From Hemiscyllium ocellatum (taxonomy: Eukaryota), in assembly GCF_020745735.1 (NCBI RefSeq), contig NC_083426.1, forward strand, positions 44,950,001 to 45,014,000: 64,000 nt of DNA, given 5' to 3'. The notes under the pieces were generated by a model, which saw only the letters and a list, made by a program, of their open reading frames with translations, did no database searches and was not told the DNA's origin. The position numbers and the translations under genes were made by a program. This document shows positions 12,600-24,102 of this stretch, in pieces; position 1 is the stretch's first letter, and the number at the start of each line of letters is the position of its first letter.

Positions 12600-12825
12600 A
12601 AGCATGATGTGAAGAAAATATTTCTGTCCAGCGAGTAATTAGGATCAGGAATACAATGTCTAAAAGTGTGATGGAGGCAGATTCAAAGGTGGCTTCCAGA
12701 AGGTAATTTGATGATTATCTAAAGAGAAAGTCATTTGTTTGGTGAAAAGGCAGAAGGTTGGGACTAACTAAGCAGCTTTTACAGAGAGCTGTGGTCTGAA
12801 TTGCTGACTTCTGTGCTGTTCATCT
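12600..12825 (+). mobile_element. Old CR1 3' fragment
   Basis: GTGATGGAGGCAGATTCAA...GATGATTATCTAAAGAG...CTTCTGTGCTGT. Confidence 0.6.
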
Positions 12826-14054
12826 TCGAACCCAAGGTGAGCAAATCATGAGATTGCACCACAATAGAAAGAATGCTAAGATTGTTATTTTTTCTTAAAT
12901 TGCTTGAGAAGAGATCGTGTATAATTGTGCAGGCAGCAGCACTAAAATGAGGCTGTAGTATAAGGAGAGCATTAACTGAGTAATTCAAATACTTTGGTAA
13001 TAGATTGTGTTACAACTTTTTTTTAAATAACATTACAGCTACAGTGCTGCTAATCACCCCTCACGCAGTCTGCATGTCGTAAGAGGTACTCATGGTACCC
13101 AACACCTACAAGACAATGGGTGAGATTCTGCAGTCAGTGCTGAAAAGGAATGATCAGATTTATTACTGATCTCGAAGAAGGCAATACACAATAATTTAGT
13201 AGCGTCTGTGGGTAGATTAATCTTTCCCATGTTTATTTGAATCGAGCACGCAAGGGGATCTCCAGGATCTCCAGAAGCAGGATAGGAAACCAATCATATT
13301 GAAGTATTCTCATAGACAGCAAACCAAAAACTAAATGCACTGAGCATCCTTCATATTTATAATATTCACAGAAAATGAAATAAAACTTGTGAGATGCAGA
13401 TTAGTAATTATAAATTTCACAAATATAAAATTAGTTGAACAGGACTGGAGACATTTTCAGCTGCTGTGGAATCCTAATTTCCCAGTAAAAACAGAGTTAC
13501 ACCTCATCAACAAAGTATACCTTTTTCAGGAGTTTTAACAGCGATTAAGTGGGGAGGGGGGTGTGGTACAGTGATCTATAACTATAAACTCTGTGGGGTC
13601 TTCAACAGTGCATCCTGTAGATGAGTGGAGAATCCTTGATGGGGCTTTTGCAGTTCCATGTTTAATTGCACGTGCGCAGACACCAGCAGTTGCCATTAGC
13701 TCCACAAAGTAATCAAAACGAGCATTGATGCGTATGCCATCTCCTATTGCAAATTTCAAATGATAGTATCATTCAAAGGTTAACAATTCCTTCCCTTTTG
13801 AGATTAGAAGAAGTAATTAGGCCAAATAGGCTTTCCCTTTTTTAGATAGATCCTACCCACATTGACCTTTCTGCTTATCATATCCCTCAAATCTTTACAT
13901 TTTTCGGAAGTATTTCTCAGAGATACTCCCCATTCTACACTGTAACTTTGGCAGAATCACAGGCTGCTTTACTTGGAAAATTAATTATAGAATGTTGCCA
14001 AATGCTTCCTCTATTTACAAAGCTGGCAACTCAGAAAAAAAACCACTTCATTTT

Positions 14055-14878
14055 CTGTGACAATTTTCAGGACCATTGGTTGTCTCAAAGTGCTCTACAG
14101 CAATATTAAGTATATGTTGAAGAGCAGTCAAAGTTGTAATATAGGAAATGCGGTTGCAAATCCCCACAAACAGCAAACTGATAGTGAGCAATTCATTTGT
14201 GCTACTGTGTTGTTGCTTCAGGGATATACATTGGCTGAAATACCAGGGAAAACGCCACGCACTTTGTCGAAAAGTGTCATAGGATCACTTACATCCACCT
14301 GAGAGAGAAGGTGAGGGTTTCAGACTAAACTCTCATCTAAAAGATAACATCTGCAACAGTGCAATGCTCCCGCAGTACTGCAATGGAATGTTGTCATGGA
14401 AATTAAATTGATTTGACTCAGATGCTAGCAAGAGCAAAGAAAAGGTTTATTTTTGGACTCTGCAGAGTCGACCCAATACATTGGCAAGATGCCTCATGTA
14501 AGGGGCGCCTGACGACTCTTACATATTCCTTTTATACTTTACTTAACTTTTCCTTATCAACATCTCAAGGCCAGGAGCCTGGAACATTCAAATTCCTTTC
14601 CACATACGGAGTTGTTTTTCTCATTCCTTGACTGCAGATATGATAGTTTATTGACCTCGCAATTCCTTACCGTCAGTATATTTTTTCTGTCTGTCTGCAA
14701 GGCTTTGCAAAGTCAGGCCCTTACTTCTTTGTTTCAACCATGCTTTTATAGATTTCACAATAAATGTTAATTTACCACTACAAATGTAAACCTTACTATT
14801 TTTCTGTGCTGAAGCCCTGAAGGTGAATGGAGTGATTTAGCTCTAAGCTTGCTACTATCTGAGCCAAGGCTGACACCA
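14055..14878 (-). mobile_element. Deu-domain SINE split by a solo LTR
   Basis: GGATCACTTACATCCACCTGAGAG core; head CTGAGCCAAGGCTGACAC near 14860-14878; contiguous once 14392-14787 is removed. Confidence 0.7.
14392..14782 (-). mobile_element. Solo LTR, 391 bp
   Basis: TG...CA termini; exact 5-bp TSD AATGT (14387-14391 / 14783-14787); minus-strand TATAAAA near 14530 upstream of AATAAA near 14446. Confidence 0.75.
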
Positions 14879-14904
14879 GTTGAGCCGTTAACCTGATAAA
14901 ATCT

Positions 14905-15660
14905 TTCAGGCACTTCACCGGAGGGTTGGCAAGCAAGATTTGACAGTGATTCTCATTAAGATATCTTAGGATGGATGACTAAAACCTTGGTCAAAAAAAT
15001 CAACTTTAAGGAATATCTTAAAGAAGAAGCAAGAGGTTAAGAGTTGGTCTGGTACAGGGAGACAGTTCCAGAGCCTACGGCCTAGTTAGCTGATGTTAGC
15101 TAACTAGCAGGAGCTGAAGCTAAAGGCATAGTTATGAGTGGTGCAGAGATCAAGTGACAAAAAAGAGACCTCAGGAGGTTTTCAGATTGTGGGAAATACA
15201 GAGCAAGAGGCTACAGAAGGGTTGGAAAGCAAAGAAGGGGATTTTAGAATTGAGACATTGTTTAACTAGAAGCCAAACATTTCATTGCGTGGAGGGTGAT
15301 GTGTGGAAAGGGCAGCAATTTTGGATGAGATTAACATTACAGGAGATGAAATGCAAGGCTGAGAGGGGTTGGATCAGAACAGGCAAGTCTAAAGATAGCA
15401 AAGGCATGGATGAAAGCTTAAGCAGCTGAGCTTCAGCATTAGAGATGCGTAGAGTTGCCAGCATAAAAGGAAGTGTTATTGGTGACAAAGTGGTATGGGT
15501 TTGGAAGCTGATTTGATGGTCAAATAGAATGACAAAGGTGTGAACAATCTGGTTCGAGTTGAGGTATAATGCAGAGAGAATAATAGAATCAATGACTTGG
15601 AAGCAGATTTTGAAATGGGGTAGCATTATCTTCAATCTTGGAGAAATATTTAGGCTCTTC
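14905..15660 (-). mobile_element. L2-clade LINE remnant
   Basis: GAGACAGTTCCAGAGC, GGGCAGCAATTTTGGATGAG and AAAGGCATGGATGA resemble the L2 ORF2 C-terminus (LIHAF...SRLD...LIQN.AA). Confidence 0.6.
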
Positions 15661-16200
15661 ATGGGGCCATGAATATCATCATCATCCCCAATGTTTGTGT
15701 CAGAAAACTCTTCCAGGATGATACTGATGACATTGTAAAATATAGATCACCATATGAGGAAGAGGACTGAGACCCAGTATACAAAGAGAGGGGACCTTAA
15801 CCTCTTCTCTGTAACCAGACAAAAGCAAGTAGAGTGGGAAAATGGCTTATCCAGGAAAACAGGATTCCCAGTGGAGGCCAACGAGTGCCAACACGTGAAT
15901 CTGGAGTCTCACACATAATGGGGGAAATGTAACTCAACAACGTGAATGGCCATCTGGTGTCCAAACCTGCACAGAACACCACTTTGGTAAATTTCCACAA
16001 TTCTGGCAGCAGCTCATCAAGCTATTAGTCTGCACCAGTCAGCCATTCTTACTATCCCTGTGCCACTTCATGAGGTTAAACAGGTTGACCAAGCAATAGA
16101 TAGTAAACAGCAAAAGTATAGAAGTGGAGGATGGTGTTGGGCAAGTGGGATGTATAAAAAGTGGCAAGTCTGTCTTGCACTTAGAACCAGATAACAAAGA

Positions 16201-16280
16201 AAAGAAAGTCTTGCATTAATATAGCACCTCTCACAAAGTCAGGTTGTCCCAAGAACTTCGATGAAGTACTTTTTGGAGCC
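16201..16280 (-). mobile_element. Deu-SINE or L2-type 3' tail fragment
   Basis: AAAGAAAGTCTTGCATTAATATAGCACCT. Confidence 0.55.
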
Positions 16281-16404
16281 CAGTAGGTAGACAAAATCTG
16301 TTTCCACTAACAGGAGGCTCAGTAAGTAAAATATGTAGTTTTAAATTAATTGATATTAAGAAAAAAAGAGGGAAATGAGAAGTATGTATTTTACTCAGCA
16401 AATT

Positions 16405-16611
16405 GCTATGATCCAGAATGTACTGCCTGAAATGTAGAGTCAATTGTAACTTTCAAAAGAGATCTGCATATAAATTTAAAACAAAAGAAAAATGCAGGGT
16501 TATGGGCAAAAAGCAAAGCATGGAGGATTAAATTATTTGTTCTATCAGAGAGCCAGAATAGACACAAGGAATAGAATGGCCTCCTCCTACACTCTATGAT
16601 TCTCTTTGATT
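16405..16611 (+). mobile_element. Old CR1 3' fragment
   Basis: AATGTACTGCCTGAAA...GAATGGCCTCCTCCT...CTATGATTCT. Confidence 0.65.
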
Positions 16612-17142
16612 TGCAGGGACGTTCCATTGAGTTTTGGTGAATTTTCCACTTATCAGAGGATTGAAGGAGAAAATCCATAAGAAATGGATATTTATTGAGT
16701 AGCTCTACATGCAGGGCTCTGAAAAGGAACAAAAAAACAGAAACACTGAATTTAACGAATGAACTATTGATCCTTCACTTCAGCTTGTCATCTGTCTACT
16801 TACATCAGTACATCTTGAATTATTTTTTTCCCATTTGTGCTTTAAAAGACAAATAATATCTTACTACTTTACTGTTTCAGGGAGTTTGAGACTGAGACTG
16901 ATACCAGGTAAGAGATTTATCTTCTCTCAAGCTATTCGTGATGCTCAAGCTTGGTTTTACTGCAGTTTCTGTAAGTGTAGATCTTTTACAGAGACAGGAT
17001 AATGGAGCAATAGTACAGTGGCTTTTAGATACTTTAATGACAACAATTTCTGGTATTGTTACCGTGCAGCTGGCATGAACCCATTTCTGTATCTTAGATA
17101 AAGGAACTAAGTTAAGGTTTGAAGTTCATTAATATCGATTGG

Positions 17143-17660
17143 TTTAGATTTTAGTTTTGTTGTCATGTGTGCTCAAGTACAGGATACAAGAGTACAGTGA
17201 AACTTGTACAATGTCTCCACACACAGCACTACCTTTGGTACAAAGTACCTAGATACAAAAGTTTAGTTACAGAAATAGAATAATTTTTAAAATGTTAAAA
17301 AGTTAAATATTACAGTCTTCTTAGAGTAAAGGTGGAAAAGTAAATTAAATAAGGTTAAAAAGTCAAACATGACAGTCCTTGGTTAAACCATGGGCCTGCA
17401 GAGACTTCAAGCTGGACTTTCCCCAAGAAGGCTTGCTCTCCCCTGCATTGGGTATGCTTTCACCCGCACTGGGCTACAACCCACCTGCGTTTGCCAGCCA
17501 CCTTCGCTGCTGTCTGCTGCTGCTGAACTCCATCGGGTATGGCAGACTTCACTACCGCTCGCAAGGCTTCGGCCTCGGCTGCCGCTTTGGCCATTCTTTG
17601 CAACCGACTGTCGTTGCCGTCCTCTTTAGTTGCTGGTCACTGCCTTACTACTGCCACCAT
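17143..17660 (-). mobile_element. Unclassified non-autonomous repeat with LINE-like 3' tail
   Basis: Tail TTGTCATGTGTGCTCAAG...GAGTACAGTGAAA is shared with 48538-48690 and similar to the Rex1 ends; GC-rich body. Confidence 0.5.
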
Positions 17661-17934
17661 CCTACAGGAATACTGAAATATTTTCATCAGTACGTATTTG
17701 ATTTTCCAAGACATACTCTTTTCAGACCACCAGCCTGCACAGCATTTAAAACATTCTGCATGAAGCAGTTCATCCATCAAAACAGGCTTTGATCTCTTAC
17801 AGGTAATCTGCTGAGAATGAGGTGGGAATTGCTGGATATTATAAAGTTTGCTTTCTGAAGTGTTTTACTGAAGAACATAGGAATATACATGGCTTTGTGT
17901 ACTTATGTCAAAGTACTCATGTTTTCTTCAACAG

Positions 17935-18630
17935 TAATTAAGCAACACCCAAATTGGATTCAGAAAGGGAAGATCCTGTGTCTTTATTAAGGAAGGGATA
18001 TCTGAAATGGACAATGGAATAGTGTGGCCTGACTTCCAAAGTGCAATATGGAAGTCGACTATGTTCCAGTTGAAATGCTATTAGGTTTATTCAAAGTAGA
18101 GGAGCTTGAAGATGAATCTTGGGAGTCATATTGGTGCAAACAATCAGCACTCATTATAGTCAGGACATCAGGATGGAGGACGGGGTCAATCTGGGGAATG
18201 GGCTGGGCCCCTCAAGCTGCTTAAACCATGATGATTCTAATTTGCAGAAATGTCCAGAAGTCAGACCCCATTCTAAAGTGGTCAGATTGAGACTGAACAA
18301 AGTAGGCCAGTAGAACTAGAGGAGGCAGTTCAGGCTTTATGGAATGGATTGATTACATAACGTGCAAGCAGGAATGGTCACAGATAAAACATAATGCAGC
18401 CTGGTATAAATCACTGTGAAAAGGAAAGTAAATAGGCAACATTCATACTTCAGGAGTGCTGTAATATTGCTACAGTTTAAAGAGATCCCAGAGTCTTTGT
18501 AGAATCAATATAGCGAATCAATGCAGAGCAACCCTGGATAAAGCATGCCTAACAATGGAGTCAAGCCAATAGAATACAAGCTATAAAAAGTCACAATTAA
18601 CACTGTGGTCAGACCAAAAAGGATCACAGT
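17935..18630 (+). mobile_element. Very old CR1 RT remnant
   Basis: GGATTCAGAAAGGGAAGATCCTG (GFRKGRS), GACTTCCAAAGTGCA (DFQ.A), ATAGAATACAAG...GTGGTCAGACCA. Confidence 0.5.
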
Positions 18631-18967
18631 AGATGGAGAAAGCTGTCTGACCCAACTTATTTCACCCATTTTGAAAGATTCCTGAATCAAATGAAGACTG
18701 AGCTGACACATTGGGTGCAATGAATTTCAGCATCTATGTCAGCCTTCATCAAAAGGATGCTCCCAAGATGTGGGAAAATCTTTTATATTTTCTGGGATCT
18801 CATCAGTAATGTACCAGTTGGTTACAACCAGTGATTAATTGACATTGGGTATGTTGTCTAAACTTTCACTGTCCAGACATCTTATACTCAAAATAACACA
18901 TTGGTAACACTAACACGATACTTGCATTGGCAATGCTGACTGTAGTGACAGGGGAAAAGCAACATAC

Positions 18968-19595
18968 TGTTATCGACCAGAGCAGAACCCTTCAAAATAT
19001 ATTCGGCCTAGACCCTAACTTTCTTTTATTTTAAAGGTAAATGTGAGGTTCTGTGTTCCAGATGCAATTTGATTGGCAATGTTAAGCAAAACACGACTTA
19101 TTCAAACACTACTTAAAAAAAACAAAGAAAGAGGAACTTGGAATAACAACTCCATTTGTAAACTAAACAGAATAATAGATTATTTTACAATTAAACAGTA
19201 ACAGTTCCAATATAGTAACATCCTATAAACACAACCTTGGCAAAAGGAAAATTCAGGAAACAGATTATCTTACATGCAGTTCTCCAATCTCAGGAGGAAA
19301 GAACTTCAAAAGACAATTCTAAGAGAGATAGTGCATGTAGCAGCCTGGAGAGATTCACTGCCTTCCAATCCTGCTGAGACCCCAGCAATAACTGATGAAA
19401 GCTAAACTGAAAATCCTTGATTGTTGAGAGCTTGACCACATCCATTCGGGCTGCTTCTATTACTGTATCTTTAAAAAAAGTCCCAAGGCCTCACAAATTG
19501 TTTATCTTCTTCTCGACTGCATGTCACCTGTCCCCAAACACTCTCCAGAAGGAACCAGGACAAAATGCCTAACTTAAAGCCACACTATCATCCCA
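18968..19595 (-). mobile_element. Solo LTR, family A
   Basis: TGTTATCGACCAG...TATCATCCCA; homologous to 31253-31835 and 57603-63855; flanks ATAC/ATAA. Confidence 0.7.
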
Positions 19596-19599
19596 ATAA

Positions 19600-20030
19600 T
19601 GCAAATGCTGGAACTCTCAAGGAAAAGGAGAAAACAGTTGAACATTCAGCAATGCAGACAGCAACTGTGAAAAAAACATAGTTGAGTTTAAGGTTGATGC
19701 CCTTCATCAGAGCTGGAAAAAGTTAGAGCTTTAACAGTTTATAAACAAATACACAGCCAAAGGACAAACCAGGAAGTGGGTGTATGTATGCACATGAAGT
19801 TTAAGGGAGGAGGTCGTAGGGTAGAACAGATGGGGTGGGCTGAGATGGAAACTCAAGCAGAAGTGATTAAATGATTATAGGGATGATAGTTTTAAGGCAA
19901 AAGGAGTGGTAAAGGGATTAGAAACAATAGATAAGTCTAGACAGAGTACAATGGTAACAGCAGAATGATTATCAGCACTGCCCCCCCGCTGTGGAAAACA
20001 TGGTGATAAAGGTTGTGATTTGAAATAGCT
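19600..20030 (-). mobile_element. Decayed PLE pLTR/3' region
   Basis: GCAAATGCTGGAA...CCCTTCATCAGAGCTGG, which reads CTGATGAAGGG on the minus strand. Confidence 0.5.
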
Positions 20031-20311
20031 ACAGTAAAGTGACTTGTGACATTATAGAGCACATAATCACAGTGATTTCAAAACATTCTCAATCTTGTTA
20101 TGCATGAAGAGTTGAAAGCAGAATCAGAGTTAGACAGCATGCTGTAGAAAGTAAGCTGTATGTAAAACCTCGGGAAAAGATTGGTCCAATGCTGCAGTGT
20201 ATGTAATGATCTGACATTGTTTAAATTACGTCTGTATTGAACACAATACCCAAACAGTTAGCTCCAAAGTGATACAGTGACATCAATTACATCTTGCACA
20301 TGAATGACATG

Positions 20312-20731
20312 CGAGAGTCGTGGATTTCAATACTAGGAGGCATATGATTAAGGAGAGAGGAGAAATATTTAAACAGGATGTAAGAGGCAATGTTTTTACG
20401 CAGAGGGTGGTTTGTGTGTGGAATAAACTTCCAGAGAAAATGGTGCATGTGGGTAAGTTTATGTTGCCTTGGAGCATTGGACGATTATTTAGATAGAAAT
20501 AGCATGCAAAATTATTGGGGGAAAGCAGAATGGTGTTAGATGCAGAGATACTGACTCAGTTTATCAGATTTGTTACTGAATACATACCGGGTAAGTATAT
20601 GAATAGGAGAGGTTTGGAGGAATATGGGCCAAGTGCAGGCAGGTGGGACTAGTTTAGTTTGAGATTATGGTGAGCATGAATCAGTTGGATCGAAGGGACT
20701 ATTTCCGTGCTGTGTGACTTTATGTTTCTAT
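20312..20731 (+). mobile_element. CR1 3' fragment containing a templated inverted insertion
   Basis: ACTAGGAGGCATATGATTAAGG...TTTACGCAGAGGGTGG...TGACTTTATGTTTCTAT. Confidence 0.8.
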
Positions 20732-20849
20732 CAGGTGAAGTAATGATCCTATGAAGCTGCTGGTGGTCAGCAATTGATCATTACAGAGAAGAGTGCATTA
20801 GAAATTGTGCAGTATGTATCAGTAACAAATCTGTTAAACTGAGTCCGAA

Positions 20850-22350
20850 TCTCTGCACAAAACACCATTCTGCTTTTCCCTCATAATTTTGCATGTTATT
20901 TCTATCCAAATAATCACCCAATGCTCTTTTGAATGCCTCACTTGAACCTGCCTCCCTATACTTTGGTCAGTGCATTCCAAATCATAACTACTCACTGAGT
21001 GAAACAGCTTTTTCTTATAACACCTTTCTTTTGCAAATCATTTTAAGTCTAAGCCCTCTCCTTCTTACATAGAGCAAAGGAACTGCAGATGCTGGAAATT
21101 TGAAACAACAGAATGTGCTGGAGAAACTCAGCAGGTCTAGCAGCATTTGTGGATTAAAAACCCTTCTTTCTTGCACCTTTTCCAAGTGGGATCAATATCT
21201 CTCTTTCTACTCGCTCCAGCCCATTCATGATTTTGAAAGCGTGGATATAGCCTTCTTCTGTCCAAGGGGAGCAATCGCAACTTCTTCAGTCTATCATCAT
21301 GACTGATGTTTACCATTCCTGGAAAAAATGTTGGAAACAACTTCTGCACTCTCTCCAATGCAATCATATTCTTCCTATTCTGTTTTGCCTAGAATTGTAC
21401 ACGATACTCCAGCTGAGGTCTAAATATTGTCTTATGCAAGTTCACCATCAACCCCTTACTCATGTCTTTGGTGGTCTTATTAATAAAGCTGAGGAAACTG
21501 CATGCTCTGTTTATTGCTCTCTCTGCACTTGTCCTCCCACCTTCAATAATCTGTGAATACATACCCCTGGACCCTTTGATCAACACCCCTTTTAGATTTG
21601 TGCCCCCTAATTTACATTGCCTTACAATGTTCTTTCAATCAAGACACATCACCTCACAATTCCCTGTGTTGGAATTCATCTGGCATCTATCCATGATATT
21701 TTTTTTCTTTACAATTCCTCCAAGCTTCATTACAACTGCAAATTTTGAAATTTTCCCCAAACACCAAGATCTAGATAATTAATATATGTCGGGAAAAGCA
21801 CGGATCCCAGTCTCAATCCTCAGAGAGCTCCCTTACAAACCTTCCTCCAGCCCAAGAAATATTGACTATTCCTGTTTGATTTCTATCACTTAGCCAATTC
21901 TGTATCCATGCTGCTACTCACCTTTTCATTCCATGGCCTATAATTTTCTTCACAAGTCTGTATTGCAGCACCATATCAAAAAACCTCTGTAAATCCATGG
22001 ACAACACATCTCAAGCATTACCCTCATCAAGCCTTTCCGTTACCTTCTCAAACTCCAGAAAGTTAATCATGATTTCCTTTTTTGAAATCCATCCTGACTC
22101 TTCCTAATCAACTCCCCTTCTTCCACAGGACTCCTAATTCTATCCTGAATAATTGTCTCTCAAAGTTTCCCCACCACTGTAGTTAAATTGACTGGTCTGT
22201 AATTGCTGAGCTTTTTCTTATAAATCTTTGAGCATTTTTTCCGAGTCTTCTGACAACCCCCTGCCCAAGTCAACAGGAATCTAAAAGATTATGGCCAGCA
22301 CCCCTAAAATTTCCACCCTCTCTCACTTCGAAAGGCTTGGACGCATCTCA
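20850..22350 (-). mobile_element. Old CR1, interrupted by a PLE terminal tip at about 21073-21153
   Basis: IALERVQKLF...LRLLPLDRRRL, RPQLEYRVQF and SWCLGKISKFAV. Confidence 0.8.
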
Positions 22351-22744
22351 TTTCATTTCAGCACTTTGGCATCATTGGCTGGGCCAGCATTTATTATCTG
22401 TCCCTGGTGGCCTTGAGAAGATGGTGGTATGCTTCCTTCCTGAGCTCCTTGATATTTGATATGTTTCTTTGTGACCATAATTCAAAAGAGGAAGAGGTGA
22501 AATTGCTGTTGCAAAGGAAATATGGGCAATCAATGTATTCACCATAATGAAACAGGAACATGATAATCATTCAATCATCTTGTTGTTTGAGAAGAGTGAG
22601 AAATTCAGAAGTCTTTTTGTTGTTAGTTGAGTGAGAAACAGTGGCCATAAGACTGGAGAAATCTTAATTTCAAAACAGTGGCAAAGACCCTTCTACAACT
22701 TTCCGACCGGCTTGGTGAGGAGTTAGTTTTGTGGTATTGGTGGA

Positions 22745-22885
22745 AGATAACACTTCCACATTGTCACACTCTCTCAGTACTGGACTGAAATGTCACCCTA
22801 GATTCTGTGTTCCAGTCTCTGAAGTGGAACTATGAATATTCAGCTTTCTTGAATCCAGCACATTACCTGCTGAGCCACAACTGAC
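22745..22885 (-). mobile_element. Deu-domain SINE 5' fragment
   Basis: CTCTCAGTACTGGACTG...CTGAGCCACAACTGAC. Confidence 0.6.
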
Positions 22886-22982
22886 TCTTATCCTCAGCAG
22901 ATAAAGAGCATGTGCAGAGTTCAAGATGGGGTAGACTGTATTGTTCCATGAAGGGAGATGTTACTTCTCTGTGCTTACTGGA

Positions 22983-23447
22983 GATCTGTACCATTGTATT
23001 ATACACTGAAAAGCAGTTATGAATTAGATCTGTATATCTGTACCATTGTATTATAGGCTGAAATGCAGTTATGAATTAGATCTGTATATCTGTACCATTG
23101 TATTATAGGCTGAAATGCAGTTATGAATTAGATCTGTATATCTGTACCATTGTATTATACTCTGAAATGCAGTTATGAATTTGATCTGTATATCTGTACC
23201 ATTGTATTATAGGCTGAAATGCAGTTATGAATTAGATCTGTATATCTGTACCATTGTATTATAGGCTGAAATGCAGTTATGAATTAGATCTGTATATCTG
23301 TACCATTGTATTATACTCTGAAATGCAGTTATGAATTTGATCTGTATATCTGTACCATTGTATTATACTCTGAAATGCAGTTATGAATTTGATCTGTATA
23401 TCTGTACCATTGTATTGTAGGCCTAAATGCAGTTATGAATTAGATCT
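22983..23447. repeat. 52-bp minisatellite, 8 full units plus a 44-bp lead unit
   Basis: GATC unit starts at 23027, 23079, 23131, 23183, 23235, 23287, 23339, 23391 and 23443. Confidence 0.97.
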
Positions 23448-24102
23448 CAGCAGCAAACAGGAATCTTCACTGATGAAAGCATCTGTATTGGAAGATGTGA
23501 TGAAGTGTGAAGCATCGGTCAGATGCATGATATTATATCAGGAGATGGTACACAGAATTCCCAAACTCAGCCATGCTATCACTGTGTCACTGTGTGGGAA
23601 AACAAGATATTCCTCAGAGGGATGTAAGGGCAACCTGAGCTATTCTCTATTTCCATCAGGTAACCTGCATCAGGGAGTACGTGCAAACTGCCAAAGGAGC
23701 TGAAAACACTCAGAACTGATTCATTCAGTTATAATTCCTATCATGTGTGGGTGAAGAAGGGGTGTGTGGGAATTTAGGATTAAGTCAATGAGCACAGATA
23801 ACACTGAAACACATTAAATAAAGGCCAGCTTAGATTTCTTAATCTGTATTGTTAATGGTAAATATATTGGGTTTCTGTTCTAAATATTAGTCCTATAAAC
23901 AACCAGTACTATATACATGCTTTTATACACACAGAGTTCCAAGCACTGTAAACACTGGATCTTTATTATTCCCTCATATACTTTTCCACATTGATATACT
24001 CACTGCAGCCGTTGTTTTCTCTTAATGTTTCCAGCACAGCTTCCTGATTGGCAATGGTCAATTCTGCTCACCAAGGCATTCTTATCTTGGAACTTTCAAT
24101 TT

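Noticed and set aside
17379-17792. 137-aa ORF as a host gene
   Set aside because: Non-ATG start, antisense to a repeat, no recognisable domain.
22983-23447. CRISPR-like array
   Set aside because: Units are contiguous with no unique spacers, there are no cas genes, and the context is vertebrate.
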